This document shows, piece after piece, positions 49,457-64,000 of a DNA stretch of 64,000 nucleotides. Where the stretch lies: contig OZ024749.1 in NCBI GenBank assembly GCA_964016885.1, positions 28,644,001 through 28,708,000 on the forward strand, written 5' to 3'. The translations under genes were made by a program, and so were the position numbers. The DNA comes from Eledone cirrhosa (Eukaryota). Each line of letters starts with the position of its first letter. Position 1 is the stretch's first letter. The notes under the pieces were generated by a model. That model ran no database searches, was not told where the DNA came from, and saw only the letters and a program-made list of their open reading frames with translations.

Positions 49457-50302
49457 CCAGTGTCTCAATGTCCCAGTGTCCCAATGCTCCAGTGTCTCAA
49501 TATCTCAATGTCCCAGTGTCTCAATGTCCCACTGTCCCAGTGTCCCAGTGTCTCAATGTCTCAGTGTCTCAATGTCCCAATGTCCCAGTGTCTCAATGTC
49601 CCAGTGTCCCAATATCTCAATGTCTCAATGTCCCACTGTCCCACTGTCCCACTGTCCCACTGTCTCAATGTCTCAGTGTCCCAGTGTCTCAATGTCTTAA
49701 TGTCCCAGTGTCCCAGTGCATCAGTGTCCCAGTGTATCAATGTCTTAATGTCCCAGTGTCCCAGTGTCCCAGTGTCTCAATGTCCCAGTGTCCCAGTGTC
49801 TCAATGTCCCACTGTCCCACTGTCCCAGTATCTCAATGTCCCACTGTCCCAGTGTCTCAATGTCACACTGTCCCAGTGTCCCAATGTCTCAATGTCTCAG
49901 TGTCCCAATGTCTCAATTTCCCAGTGTCCTAGTGTCCCAGTGTATCAATGTCCCAGTGTCCCAGTATCCCAGTGTCTTAATGTCCCAGTGTCTCAATGTC
50001 CCACTGTCCAAGTGTCTCAATGTCCCACTATCCCCGTGTCTCAGTGTCTCAATGTCCCAGTGTCTCAATGTATCAATGTCCCAGTGTCCTAGTGTCCCAA
50101 TGTCGCAGTGTCCCAGTGTCCCAGTGTCTCAATGTCCCAGTGTCCCAGTGTACCAGTGTCTCAATGTCGCAGTGTCCCAGTGTCCCAGTGTCTCAATGTC
50201 CCAGTGTCCTAGTGTCCCAATGTCTCAATGTCCCAGTGTTCCAGTGTTCCATTGTCTCAATGTCCCAGTGTACCAGTGCACCTGTGTACCAGTGTCTCAA
50301 TG
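49457..50302. repeat. 8-bp satellite (tgtcccag/tgtctcaa)n
   Basis: Visible directly; the SQC/VPV ORFs are artefacts of it. Confidence 0.95.
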
Positions 50303-50737
50303 TGTCCGTCTCCTATGCCCCTGGGTGGTAATTAAAATATCAATCACTGTTGATAGAAGGAATTACGTAAGATGTTAATAAAATATCAACTTTACATTGC
50401 TAACTGCAATTGAGTGCAATGGTGTCAATGATTATTGCAACTGTGAACATTGTATATTTGTCTGCAATGGTGTCAATGATTGAAATGATTACAACTGCAA
50501 TGATTGCAAATATTGCACACTTGCAAACGGTCACTGCACTAATTATTGCGACCGCGAATAATGCATATTTGTGTGCAACGAAGTCAATGTTCATTGCAAC
50601 TGTAAATATTTGTACTTTTGAGTGCAGTGAAGTCAATGTTTATTGCATCAGTAAATATTGCACATTTACGGACAGTCATTACACCAAATATTGCAACTTC
50701 GAATAATGCATATTTGCAGATAGTCCTGTACTATTAT

Positions 50738-51125
50738 TAGTGTGTCACCAATAATTTCTAGGTGTGTCACAACACTCTAGTGTGTCACCAATAATTTCTA
50801 GGTGTATCACAACACTCTAGTGTGTCACTAATAATTTCTAGGTGTGTCACAACACTCTAGTGTGTCACCAATATCTCTTGGTGTGTCACAACACTTTAGT
50901 GTGCCACAACATTTTAGTATATCACCAGTAATCTCTAGGTGTGTTACAACACTTTAGTGTGTCACAACACTTTAATATGTCTCAAATAATCTCTAGGGTG
51001 TCACAACACTTTAATATGTCACAAATAATCTGTAAGTGTGTCACAACACTTTAATATGTCACAAATAATCTCTAAGTGTGTCACAACACTTTAATATGTC
51101 ACCAATAATCTCTAAGTGTATCACA
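50738..51125. repeat. ~41-bp tandem repeat
   Basis: gtgtgtcaccaataatttctaggtgtgtcacaacactcta units. Confidence 0.9.
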
Positions 51126-51364
51126 AAATTAAATCAAATCTGATCAATATTTACCAAAATGTAACAGTGGGTTATATATTCGAGACGAGACAACTCTGTG
51201 TACAATTAGACACGTGACGTCTGACACGTGACATTCGACACGTGATATAATATGTAATTGTTTCTATCTTGTGCGTTCTGCCAATTGTAGAAACAATTAT
51301 ATCTTTAATTTTGCTAATTTCGAGTTGATAAAAAATGTTGTCACGAAAAAAATTATTTTTAAAA

Positions 51365-51755
51365 CGTGTCACCACGATAAACAGTTTAAAAAGTGCCACC
51401 AATGTGGATAGTTTATAAGGTTTGTCACCAATATGGACAGTTTTAAAACTGTGTTTCTGCTGTGGACAGTTTAAAAGTGTCACTAATGTGGACAGTTTAA
51501 AAAATGTGTCACCAATGTGGACAGTTTAAAAGTGTGTCACCAATGTGGACAGTTTAAAAGTGTCACCAATGTGGACAGTTTAAAAAATGTGTCACCAATG
51601 TGGACAGTTTAAAAGTGTGCCACCAATGTGGACAGTTTAAAAGTGTCACCAATGTGGACAGTTTAAAAAGTGTGTCACCAATGTGGACAGTTTAAAAAGT
51701 GTCACCAATGTGGACAGTTTAAAAGTGTGACACCAATGGCGGATAGTTTTAAAAA
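51365..51755. repeat. 25-29-bp tandem repeat
   Basis: gtgtcaccaatgtggacagtttaaaa units. Confidence 0.9.
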
Positions 51756-51989
51756 GTTCTTCATTAGAGTGTCGGAAGAAAAAGCATGTTGCGAAATTGG
51801 CTTTCTGCGTTTTGAATTTAAACCCCGTCGTGGGGTCGATAAACAAAGTACGAGAGTTGATGTAGCACAGTACTCTCTCTCGCCCCTCTCTCTCGCTCTT
51901 TCTCTCTCTTTATCTGTGAATTACCACCTTTTACATGTGAGTCACATGGCATGTGTTAGCCGATGAAAAAGTCGGGTTCCGGCGCCATT

Positions 51990-54900
51990 AACCAAACAAC
52001 CAGCCAACCAGTGATCCAACCAGTCAACCATCTAAACAGCCAACCAACCATCCAACAACCATCCAACCAACCATCCAACCAGCCATCCACCCAACCAATC
52101 ATTCAATCAACCATCCAGTCAGTTGGCCAACCAACCATCCATCCAACCAACCATCCAAACATCCAGCCCAACCAGCCAGCCATCCAGCCAACCAACCAGC
52201 TAACCATCCAAACATCCAGCACAACCAGCCAGCCATCCAACCATCCAACCAACCAACCAGCCAACCATCCAACCATCCAACCAACCAGCCAACCATCCAA
52301 ACATCCAGCCAACCATCCAACCATCCATCCAACCAACCAGCCAAACATCCAAACATCCAGCCCAACCATCCAACCATCCATCCAACCAACAGCCAACCAT
52401 CCAAACATCCAGCCCAACCATCCAACCATCCAACCATCCAACCAACCAACCAACCATCTAACCATCCAGCCCAACCATCCAACCAACCAACCAGCCAACC
52501 ATTCAAACATCCAACCATCCAATCAACCAACCGACCAACCAACCAACCATCCAAACATCCAGCCCAACCATCCAACCATCCAACCAACCAACCAGCCAAC
52601 CATCCAAACATCCAACCCAACCATCCAACCAACCAACCAACCAACCATCCAAACAGCCAGCCCAACCATCCAACCATCCAACCAACCAACCAGCCAACCA
52701 TCCAAACATCCAGCCTAACCATCCAACTATCCAACCAACCAACCAACCAACCAACCAACCAACCAACCAACCAACCAACCAACCATCCAAACATCCAGCC
52801 CAACAATCCAACCATCCAACCAACCAACCAACCAGCCAACCATCCAAACATCCAGCCCAACCATTAAACCATCCAACCAACCAACCAAACAGCTAACCAT
52901 CCAAACATCCAGCCAAACCATTAAACCATCCAACCATCCAACCAACCAACCAGCCAACCATCCAAACATCCAGCCTAACCATCCAACTATCCAACCAACC
53001 AACCAACCAACCAACCAACCAACCAACCAGCCAACCATCCAAACATCCAGCCCAACCATCCAACCATCCAACCAACCAACCAACCAACCAATCAACCATC
53101 CAAACAGCCAGCCCAACCATCCAACCATCCAACCAACCAACCAGCCAACCATCCAAACATCCAGCCTAACCATCCAACTATCCAACCAACCAACCAACCA
53201 ACCAACCAACCAACCAACCATCCAAACATCCAGCCCAACAATCCAACCATCCAACCAACCAACCATCCAAACATCCAGCCCAACCATTAAACCATCCAAC
53301 CAACCAACCAACCAGCTAACCATCCAAACATCCAGCCCAACCATTAAACCATCCAACCATCCAACCAACCAACCAGCCAACCATCCAAACATCCAGCCTA
53401 ACCATCCAACTATCCAACCAACCAACCAACCAACCAACCAACCAACCAACCAACCAACCAACCAACCAACCAGGCAACCATCCAAACATCCAGCCCAACC
53501 ATCCAACCATCCAACCAACCAACCAACCAACCATCCAAACATCCAGCCCAACCATCCAACCATCCAACCATCCAACCAACCAACCAACCAACCAACCAAC
53601 CATCCAACCATCCAACCATCCAACCAACCAACCATCCAAACATCCAGCCCAACCATCCAACCATCCAACCAACCATCCAAACAGCCAGCCCAACCATCCA
53701 ACCATCCAACCATCCAACCAACCAACCAACCAACCATCCAAACATCCAGCCCAACCATCCAACCATCCAACCAACCATCCAAACAGCCAGACGAACCAGC
53801 CAACTATCAATCCAGCCAACGAACCAGCCAACCAGCTATCCAACCTTCCAACCAGCCCAGCCAGCCACCAAACCATCCAATGAACCATCTAACCATCCAA
53901 CTCACCAGCCAGACATCCAGCCAATTATACATTCAACCAACCAGCCATTCAACCATCCAGCCAGCCAGCCAACCACCAACTAACCAGCCATCCCCCAGTA
54001 AGCAATCCATCCAACCAACCAGCCATTCATCCAACCAGCCACCCAGTCAAACCAACCACCAACCAGCCAACCATACAGCCAACCACCCCAACCAGCCAAC
54101 CAACCAACCAACCAACCAACCATCCAACCTGTCAACCAACCAGCCAGCTGACCATCCATCCATCCAACCAACCAGCACAACCAAGCTTCCAACCAGCCAC
54201 CCAAGCATCCAGCCATCCAAACATCCAGCGATCCAACCATCCAGCCATCCAACCAGCCAATCAACTAGCAAACCAGACCAACCAGCCATCTAACATACCA
54301 ACCAGCGATCCAACCATCCAACCAACCAGCTAACCAGCCAGCCATCCAGCCAGCCAGCCATAAACCAACCCATCAATCCTCCAGTCAGCCATCCAACCCA
54401 ATCAGCCATCCAGCCATCCAACCATCCAGCCCAACCAACCATCTAACCATCCAACCCAACCATCCAACCAACCAACCAGCCAACCATTCAAACATCCAAC
54501 CATCCAATCAACCAACCGACCAATCAACCAACCATCCAAACATCCAGCCCAACCATCCAACCATCCAACCAACCATCCAAACAGCCAGCCCAACCATCCA
54601 ACCATCCAACCAACCAACCAGCCAACTATCCAAACATCCAACCCAACCATCCAACCAACCAACCAACCATCCAAACAGCCAGCCCAACCATCCAACCATC
54701 CAACCAACCAACCAGCCAACCATCCAAACATCCAGCCTAACCATCCAACTATCCAACCAACCAACCAACCAACCAACCAACCAACCATCCAAACATCCAG
54801 CCCAACAATCCAACCATCCAACCAGCCAACCAGCCAACCAGCCAACCATCCAAACATCCAGCCCAACCATTAAACCATCCAACCAACAAACCAACCATCC

Positions 54901-57900
54901 AAACATCCAGCCCAACCATCCAAACATCCACCTCAACCATCCAACCAACCAACCATCCAACCATCCAACCAACCAACCAACCAACCAACCATCCAAACAT
55001 CCAGCCCAACCATCCAACCATCCAACCAACCATCCAAACAGCCAGCCCAACCATCCAACCATCCAACCAACCAACCAGCCAACCATCCAAACATCCAACC
55101 CAACCAGCCAACCATCCAAACATCCAGCCAACCATCCAACCATCCATCCAACCAACCAGCCAAACATCCAAACATCCAGCCCAACCATCCAACCATCCAT
55201 CCAACCAACAGCCAACCATCCAAACATCCAGCCCAACCATCCAACCATCCAACCATCCAACCAACCAACCAACCATCTAACCATCCAGCCCAACCATCCA
55301 ACCAACCAACCAGCCAACCATTCAAACATCCAACCATCCAATCAACCAACCGACCAACCAACCAACCATCCAAACATCCAGCCCAACCATCCAACCATCC
55401 AACCAACCAACCAGCCAACCATCCAAACATCCAACCCAACCATCCAACCAACCAACCAACCAACCATCCAAACAGCCAGCCCAACCATCCAACCATCCAA
55501 CCAACCAACCAGCCAACCATCCAAACATCCAGCCTAACCATCCAACTATCCAACCAACCAACCAACCAACCAACCAACCAACCAACCAACCAACCATCCA
55601 AACATCCAGCCCAACAATCCAACCATCCAACCAACCAACCAACCAGCCAACCATCCAAACATCCAGTCCAACCATTAAACCATCCAACCAACCAACCAAA
55701 CAGCTAACCATCCAAACATCCAGCCAAACCATTAAACCATCCAACCATCCAACCAACCAACCAGCCAACCATCCAAACATCCAGCCTAACCATCCAACTA
55801 TCCAACCAACCAACCAACCAACCAACCAACCAACCAACCAACCAGCCAACCATCCAAACATCCAGCCCAACCATCCAACCATCCAACCAACCAACCAACC
55901 AACCAACCAACCATCCAAACAGCCAGCCCAACCATCCAACCATCCAACCAACCAACCAGCCAACCATCCAAACATCCAGCCTAACCATCCAACTATCCAA
56001 CCAACCAACCAACCAACCAACCAACCAACCAACCATCCAAACGTCCAGCCCAACAATCCAACCATCCAACCAACCAACCATCCAAACATCCAGCCCAACC
56101 ATTAAACCATCCAACCAACCAACCAACCAGCTAACCATCCAAACATCCAGCCCAACCATTAAACCATCCAACCATCCAACCAACCAACCAGCCAACCATC
56201 AAAACATCCAGCCTAACCATCCAACTATCCAACCAACCAACCAACCAACCAACCAACCAACCAACCAACCAACCAACCAGGCAACCATCCAAACATCCAG
56301 CCCAACCATCCAACCATCCAACCAACCAACCAACCAACCATCCAAACATCCAGCCCAACCATCCAACCATCCAACCATCCAACCAACCAACCAACCAACC
56401 AACCAACCATCCAACCATCCAACCATCCAACCAACCAACCATCCAAACATCCAGCCCAACCATCCAACCATCCAACCAACCATCCAAACAGCCAGCCCAA
56501 CCATCCAACCATCCAACCATCCAACCAACCAACCAACCAACCATCCAAACATCCAGCCCAACCATCCAACCATCCAACCAACCATCCAAACAGCCAGACG
56601 AACCAGCCAACTATCAATCCAGCCAACGAACCAGCCAACCAGCTATCCAACCTTCCAACCAGCCCAGCCAGCCACCAAACCATCCAATGAACCATCTAAC
56701 CATCCAACTCACCAGCCAGACATCCAGCCAATTATACATTCAACCAACCAGCCATTCAACCATCCAGCCAGCCAGCCAACCACCAACTAACCAGCCATCC
56801 CCCAGTAAGCAATCCATCCAACCAACCAGCCATTCATCCAACCAGCCACCCAGTCAAACCAACCACCAACCAGCCAACCATACAGCCAACCACCCCAACC
56901 AGCCAACCAACCAACCAACCAACCAACCATCCAACCTGTCAACCAACCAGCCAGCTGACCATCCATCCATCCAACCAACCAGCACAACCAAGCTTCCAAC
57001 CAGCCACCCAAGCATCCAGCCATCCAAACATCCAGCGATCCAACCATCCAGCCATCCAACCAGCCAATCAACTAGCAAACCAGACCAACCAGCCATCTAA
57101 CATACCAACCAGCGATCCAACCATCCAACCAACCAGCTAACCAGCCAGCCATCCAACCAGCCAGCCATAAACCAACCCATCAATCCTCCAGTCAGCCATC
57201 CAACCCAATCAGCCATCCAGCCATCCAACCATCCAGCCCAACCAACCATCTAACCATCCAACCCAACCATCCAACCAACCAACCAGCCAACCATTCAAAC
57301 ATCCAACCATCCAATCAACCAACCGACCAATCAACCAACCATCCAAACATCCAGCCCAACCATCCAACCATCCAACCAACCATCCAAACAGCCAGCCCAA
57401 CCATCCAACCATCCAACCAACCAACCAGCCAACCATTCAAACATCCAACCATCCAATCAACCAACCGACCAATCAACCAACCATCCAAACATCCAACCCA
57501 ACCATCCAACCAACCAACCAACCATCCAAACAGCCAGCCCAACCATCCAACCATCCAACCAACCAACCAGCCAACCATCCAAACATCCAGCCTAACCATC
57601 CAACTATCCAACCAACCAACCAACCAACCAACCAACCAACCAACCATCCAAACATCCAGCCCAACAATCCAACCATCCAACCAGCCAACCAGCCAACCAG
57701 CCAACCATCCAAACATCCAGCCCAACCATTAAACCATCCAACCAACCAACCAACCATCCAAACATCCAGCCCAACCATCCAAACATCCACCTCAACCATC
57801 CAACCAACCAACCATCCAACCATCCAACCAACCAACCAACCAACCAACCATCCAAACATCCAGCCCAACCATCCAACCCTCCAACCATCCAACCAACCAA

Positions 57901-60900
57901 CCAACCAACCAACCATCCAACCATCCAACCATCCAACCAACCAACCATCCAAACATCCAGCCCAATCATCCAACCATCCAACCAACCAACCAACCATCCA
58001 AACATCCAGCCCAACCATCCAAACATCCACCTCAACCATCCAACCATCCAACCATCCAACCATCCAACCAACCAACCAACCAACCATCCAAACATCCAGC
58101 CCAACCATCCAACCATCCAACCAACCATCCAAACAGCCAGCCCAACCATCCAACCATCCAACCAACCAACCAGCCAACCATCCAAACATCCAACCCAACC
58201 ATCCAACCAACCAACCAACCATCCAAACAGCCAGCCCAACCATCCAACCATCCAACCAACCAACCAGCCAACCATCCAAACATCCAGCCTAACCATCCAA
58301 CTATCCAACCAACCAACCAACCAACCAACCAACCATCCAAACATCCAGCCCAACAATCCAACCATCCAACCAACCAACCAGCCAACCATCCAAACATCCA
58401 GCCCAACCATTAAACCATCCAACCAACCAACCAACCAGCCAACCATCCAAACATCCAGCCCAACCATTAAACCATTAAACCATTAAACCATCCAACCAAC
58501 CAACCAGCCAACCATCCAAACATCCAGCCTAACCATCCAACTATCCAACCAACCAACCAACCAACCAACCAACCAACCAACCAACCAATCAACCATCCAA
58601 ACATCCAGCCCAACAATCCAACCATCCAACCAACCAACCAGCCAACCATCCAAACATCCAGCCCAACCATCCAACCATCCAACCAACCAACCAACCATCC
58701 AAACATCCAGCCCAACCATCCAACCATCCAACCATCCAACCATCCAACCAACCAACCAACCAACCAACCATCCAACCAACCATCCAACCATCCAACCAAC
58801 CAACCAACCAACCATCCAAACATCCAGCCCAATCATCCAACCAACCAACCAACCATCCAAACATCCAGCCCAACCATCCAAACATCCAACCAACCAGCCA
58901 ACCATCCAAACATCCAGCCTAACCATCCAACTATCCAACCAACCAACCAACCAACCAACCAACCAACCAACCAACCAACCAATCAACCATCCAAACATCC
59001 AGCCCAACAATCCAACCATCCAACCAACCAACCAGCCAACCATCCAAACATCCAGCCCAACCATTAAACCATCCAACCAACCAACCAACCAGCCAACCAT
59101 CCAAACATCCAGCCCAACCATTAAACCATTAAACCATTAAACCATCCAACCAACCAACCAGCCAACCATCCAAACATCCAGCCTAACCATCCAACTATCC
59201 AACCAACCAACCAACCAACCAACCAACCAACCAACCAACCAACCAACCAACCAACCAACCAATCAACCATCCAAACATCCAGCCCAACAATCCAACCATC
59301 CAACCAACCAACCAGCCAACCATCCAAACATCCAGCCCAACCATCCAACCATCCAACCAACCAACCAACCAACCATCCAAACATCCAGCCTAACCATCCA
59401 ACCATCCAACCATCCAACCATCCAACCAACCAACCAACCAACCAACCATCCAACCAACCATCCAACCATCCAACCAACCAACCAACCATCCAAACATCCA
59501 GCCCAACCATTCAAACATCCAACCAACCAGCCAACCATCCAAACATCCAGCCTAACCATCCAACTATCCAACCAACCAACCAACCAACCAACCAACCAAC
59601 CAACCAACCATCCAAATATCCAGCCCAACAATCCAACCATCCAACCAACCAACCAGCCAACCATCCAAACATCCAGCCCAACCATCCAACCATCCAACCA
59701 ACCAACCAACCAACCATCCAAACATCCAGCCCAACCATCCAACCATCCAACCATCCAACCATCCAACCAACCAACCAACCAACCAACCAACCATCCAAAC
59801 ATCCAGCCCAATCATCCAACCAACCAACCAACCAACCATCCAAACATCCAGCCCAACCATCCAAACATCCAACTCAACCATCCAACCAATCAACCATCCA
59901 ACCATCCAACCAACCAACCAACCAACCAACCATCCAAACATCCAGCCCAATCATCCAACCAACCAACCAACCATCCAAACATCCAGCCCAACCATCCAAA
60001 CATCCAACCAACCAGCCAACCATCCAAACATCCAGCCTAACCATCCAACTATCCAACCAACCAACCAACCAACCAACCAACCAACCAACCAACCAATCAA
60101 CCATCCAAACATCCAGCCCAACAATCCAACCATCCAACCAACCAACCAGCCAACCATCCAAACATCCAGCCCAACCATTAAACCATCCAACCAACCAACC
60201 AACCAGCCAACCATCCAAACATCCAGCCCAACCATTAAACCATTAAACCATTAAACCATCCAACCAACCAACCAGCCAACCATCCAAACATCCAGCCCAA
60301 CCATCCAACCATCCAACCAACCAACCAACCAACCATCCAAACATCCAGCCCAACCATCCAACCATCCAACCATCCAACCATCCAACCAACCAACCAACCA
60401 ACCAACCATCCAACCAACCAACCAACCAACCAACCATCCAAACATCCAGCCCAATCATCCAACCAACCAACCAACCATCCAAACATCCAGCCCAACCATC
60501 CAAACATCCAACCAACCAGCCAACCATCCAAACATCCAGCCTAACCATCCAACTATCCAACCAACCAACCAACCAACCAACCAACCAACCAACCATCCAA
60601 ACATCCAGCCCAACAATCCAACCATCCAACCAACCAACCAGCCAACCATCCAAACATCCAGCCCAACCATCCAACCATCCAACCAACCAACCAACCAACC
60701 ATCCAAACATCCAGCTCAACCATCCAACCATCCAACCATCCAACCATCCAACCAACCAACCAACCAACCAACCATCCAACCAACCATTCAACCATCCAAC
60801 CAACCAACCAACCAACCATCCAAACATCCAGCCCAATCATCCAACCAACCAACCAACCAACCATCCAAACATCCAGCCCAACCATCCAAACATCCAACTC

Positions 60901-61710
60901 AACCATCCAACCATCCAACCATCCAACCATCCAACCAACCAACCAACCAACCAACCATCCAAACATCCAGCCCAACCATCCAACCATCCAACCAACCATC
61001 CAAACAGCCAGCCGAACCAGCCAACTATCAATCCAGCCAACGAACCAGCCAACCAGCTATCCAACCTTCCAACCAGCCCAGCCAGCCACCAAACCATCCA
61101 ATGAACCATCTAACCATCCAACTCACCAGCCAGACATCCAGCCAATTATACATTCAACCAACCAGCCATTCAACCAACCAGCCAGCCAGCCAACCACCAA
61201 CTAACCAGCCATCCCCCAGTAAGCAATCCATCCAACCAACCAGCCATTCATCCAACCAGCCACCCAGTCAAACCAACCACCAACCAGCCAACCATACAGC
61301 CAACCACCCCAACCAGCCAACCAACCAACCAACCAACCAACCATCCAACCTGTCAACCAACCAGCCAGCTGACCATCCATCCATCCAACCAACCAGCACA
61401 ACCAAGCTTCCAACCAGCCACCCAAGCATCCAGCCATCCAACCATCCAGCGATCCAACCATCCAGCCATCCAACCAGCCAATCAACTAGCAAACCAGACC
61501 AACCAGCCATCTAACATACCAGCCAGCGATCCAACCATCCAACCAACCAGCTAACCAGCCAGCCATCCAACCAGCCAGCCATAAACCAACCCATCAATCC
61601 TCCAGTCAGCCATCCAACCCAATCAGCCATCCAGCCATCCAACCAACCATCCAGCCCAACCATCCAGCCATCCAAACAGTCATCCAGCCCAACCATCCAA
61701 CCATCCCAAC
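51990..61710. repeat. ~9.7-kb CCAA/CCAT/CCAG tetranucleotide-derived satellite with higher-order repeats
   Basis: Core unit ccatccaaacatccagcccaa plus (ccaa)n; a ~620-bp marker block recurs at ~53785, ~56592 and ~61005. Confidence 0.95.
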
Positions 61711-62084
61711 TAGCAGACGTAGGGCAATAAGTAAACAATTGTACGCCATTTTAGCTAGTACAATATGTGTATCTTGATATAGAAACGTAATTTAGTTAAT
61801 ATGGTATTTCTTTACGAATCTTAATTAATTTTGATAAGTTGGTGTTTAGATAATGGTCAACTTCCCCAATCGAACCGATTTTCTCAGAATCTACTTTTGT
61901 TCCGCCGACACTGCTCTATTTCCGCCCAATGAAAAATATGGCTACTGACTGTGCCTTAATTTCCGGTATCTCAATTACTAATGAACAAAGTACTAAATGG
62001 CCCTCCCAATACAAACGAATCTATAATAATTCATCGACTCGGCTCTGAAATTTGATTTTCTTACTTTTATTTATTTTATTTTTT

Positions 62085-62233
62085 ATTTATTTTTATTTTT
62101 ATTTTTATTTTTATTTTTATTTTTATTTTTATTTTTATTTTTATTTTTATTTTTATTTTTATTTTTATTTTTATTTTTATTTTTATTTTTATTTTTATTT
62201 TTATTTTTATTTTTATTTTTATTTTTATTTTTA

Positions 62234-62262
<29 letters not shown>
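62085..62262. repeat. (TTTTTA)n hexanucleotide microsatellite
   Basis: Visible directly. Confidence 0.95.
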
Positions 62263-62264
<2 letters not shown>

Positions 62265-62325
62265 ATTATTTTTATTTATTTATTCGTATTTTGTCGGCGA
62301 ACGGTGAAGAATGTGAATATATCAG

Positions 62326-62378
<53 letters not shown>

Positions 62379-62450
62379 CCATTTTGTATCAGAAAACTGT
62401 TTCTTCTTCTTTTTTGTTTCTTCATACACATAAAAACCTACCTTAATGTA

Positions 62451-62510
<60 letters not shown>

Positions 62511-63046
62511 GTATATATATATGTATGTGTGTGTGTGTACATATATATATATATACATATATGTGTGTGTGTATATATATGTTTATGTATATATATATAT
62601 ATAGAGAGAGAGAGACCAATATATATATATATGTATATACGTATATATAGACCAATATATATAAATTAATCTAATTGTAATTAATGAAACACTTTACTGA
62701 TTGTTTAATTGGCTGCTGAACACTGATCAGGAAATCAAAGACTATCGATGAGAGGAGAAGACTCCTATTGGGGTGAGGGGGGGGTTGTCGGAGTGGGGGA
62801 GTACCTGGTTGTAGCAATCAGACTCAGACTGAATTCTTGGATTGAATTGAAACATGGCAATTCTGATCCAGGCAAAAAAACCGACCCAACTCAGGTCTTA
62901 TGAAATAAAACCATCCATATTAAAGGTCTACTGTTTAAATTAATATCTTCCAATACAATTTTATATCAGAACCATATGTTAAGTTACTACCTCTGATCGT
63001 TCCAATTGATTGACAAGAGTTCCCAGACCCAATTTGCTTACCATGT

Positions 63047-63673
63047 GGGTGGAATTCGTCAAATCTACCAAGAAAACAATGTCTCTATTAGTCTTTCCAT
63101 TGCTGATACTATCAGCGGTAGAACTCGTCTAATCAGACCAAGGAAACAGTATTTCTATTAGTCTTTCCATTGCTGATACTATCAGGGGTGGAACTCGTCT
63201 AATCAGACCAAGGAAACAGTATTTCTATTAGTCTTTCCATTGCTGATACTATCAGGGATGGAACTCGTCTAATCAGACCAAGGAAACAGTATTTCTATTA
63301 GTCTTTCCATTGCTGATACTATCAGGGGTGGAACTCGTCTAATCAGACCATGGAAACAGTATTTCTATTAGTCTTTCCATTGCTGTTACTATTAGGGGTG
63401 GAACTCGTCCAATTGGACCATGAAAACAATGTTTCCATTGGTCTTACCATTACTGATACTATCAGGGGTGGAACTCGTCTAATCAGACCAAGGAAACAGT
63501 ATTTCTATTAGTCTTTCCATTGCTGATACTATCAGGGATGGAACTTGTCTAATCAGGCCAAGGAAACAGTATTTCTATTAGTCTTTCCATTGCTGATACT
63601 ATCAGGGGTGGAACTCGTCCAATTGGACCAAGAAAACAATGTTTCCATTGGTCTTTCCATTGCTGATACTATC
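63047..63673. repeat. 70-bp tandem repeat, 9 copies
   Basis: Units start near 63051, then gaact(c/t)gtc every 70 bp at 63121, 63191, ... 63611. Confidence 0.95.
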
Positions 63674-63697
63674 TACCGGCCGCAAATCCTGGCAGAA

Positions 63698-63803
63698 AGA
63701 GCAACATGAAATAAGGTGTTTTCCACAAGGACATAATGTATCACCCGGTCTGGGAATCGAACTTGCAACCTCACGATTGTAGATAAGCCACATGCCTTAA
63801 CTA
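63698..63803 (-). mobile_element. 5' part of a tRNA-derived SINE
   Basis: Reverse complement reads tagttaaggc...gcaagttcgattcccagacc...tgtccttgtggaaaacaccttatttcatgttgctc (B box plus CORE-like segment). Confidence 0.6.
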
Positions 63804-64000
63804 TCTTAATAACGAAATAATTAATAATTTAAGTAAATTCCTCAAAAATTATTAATTTGTTTGGTACCAACTGGCTCTGGTTTTATGAAACAAAACCACA
63901 AAATTTAAAGGATTACTATTTAAATTAAGATCTTCCAACGTTTTGCATTTGTTAAGTTAATGTCTTTGTAATGAAATAATTAATAATTTTAGGAAATCTT

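Noticed and set aside
49460-50378. Cys-rich SQC/VPV ORFs resembling metallothionein or keratin-associated proteins
   Set aside because: 8-bp tandem repeat read in all three frames.
51963-61738. Dozens of long W/G/L/M/D-rich and Q/P/T/N-rich ORFs
   Set aside because: They are translations of the CCAA/CCAT satellite, open in multiple frames.
63047-63673. CRISPR-like regular array (also 22885-23350, 6745-7330, 51365-51755)
   Set aside because: Head-to-tail repeats without unique spacers, eukaryotic context, no cas genes.

Overview
AT-rich, microsatellite-saturated eukaryotic (animal) DNA. The repeat landscape looks like a coleoid cephalopod (octopus) genome, which is an inference from composition and repeat types. 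Well-supported content: (1) a complete 5-coding-exon MBLAC1-like metallo-beta-lactamase-fold gene (+, 1170-4708, 208 aa); (2) an intronless 277-aa ORF (9092-9925) that may be a divergent FAM92/CIBAR-like BAR protein; (3) two candidate Thr/Ala-rich mucin-like exons on the minus strand (48857-48449, 47409-46565) that the ORF track misses; (4) CR1-type and RTE LINE remnants, a non-autonomous Helitron, mariner remnants, many tRNA-derived SINEs, and several minisatellite/satellite arrays including a ~9.7-kb CCAA/CCAT satellite with higher-order structure. The most striking signal is about a dozen fold-back (inverted-repeat + short tail) or partial-tandem elements from several sequence-unrelated families. 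Almost all sit in (TA)n tracts, and most carry a type-I hammerhead ribozyme motif (CUGANGA...GAAA...UH with paired stem I and a short, often palindromic stem III), including unusual core variants. This matches 5'-inverted pseudo-LTR remnants of Penelope-like retroelements or retrozyme-like elements. Most ORF-track entries are microsatellite artefacts. All alignments and folds were done by eye.
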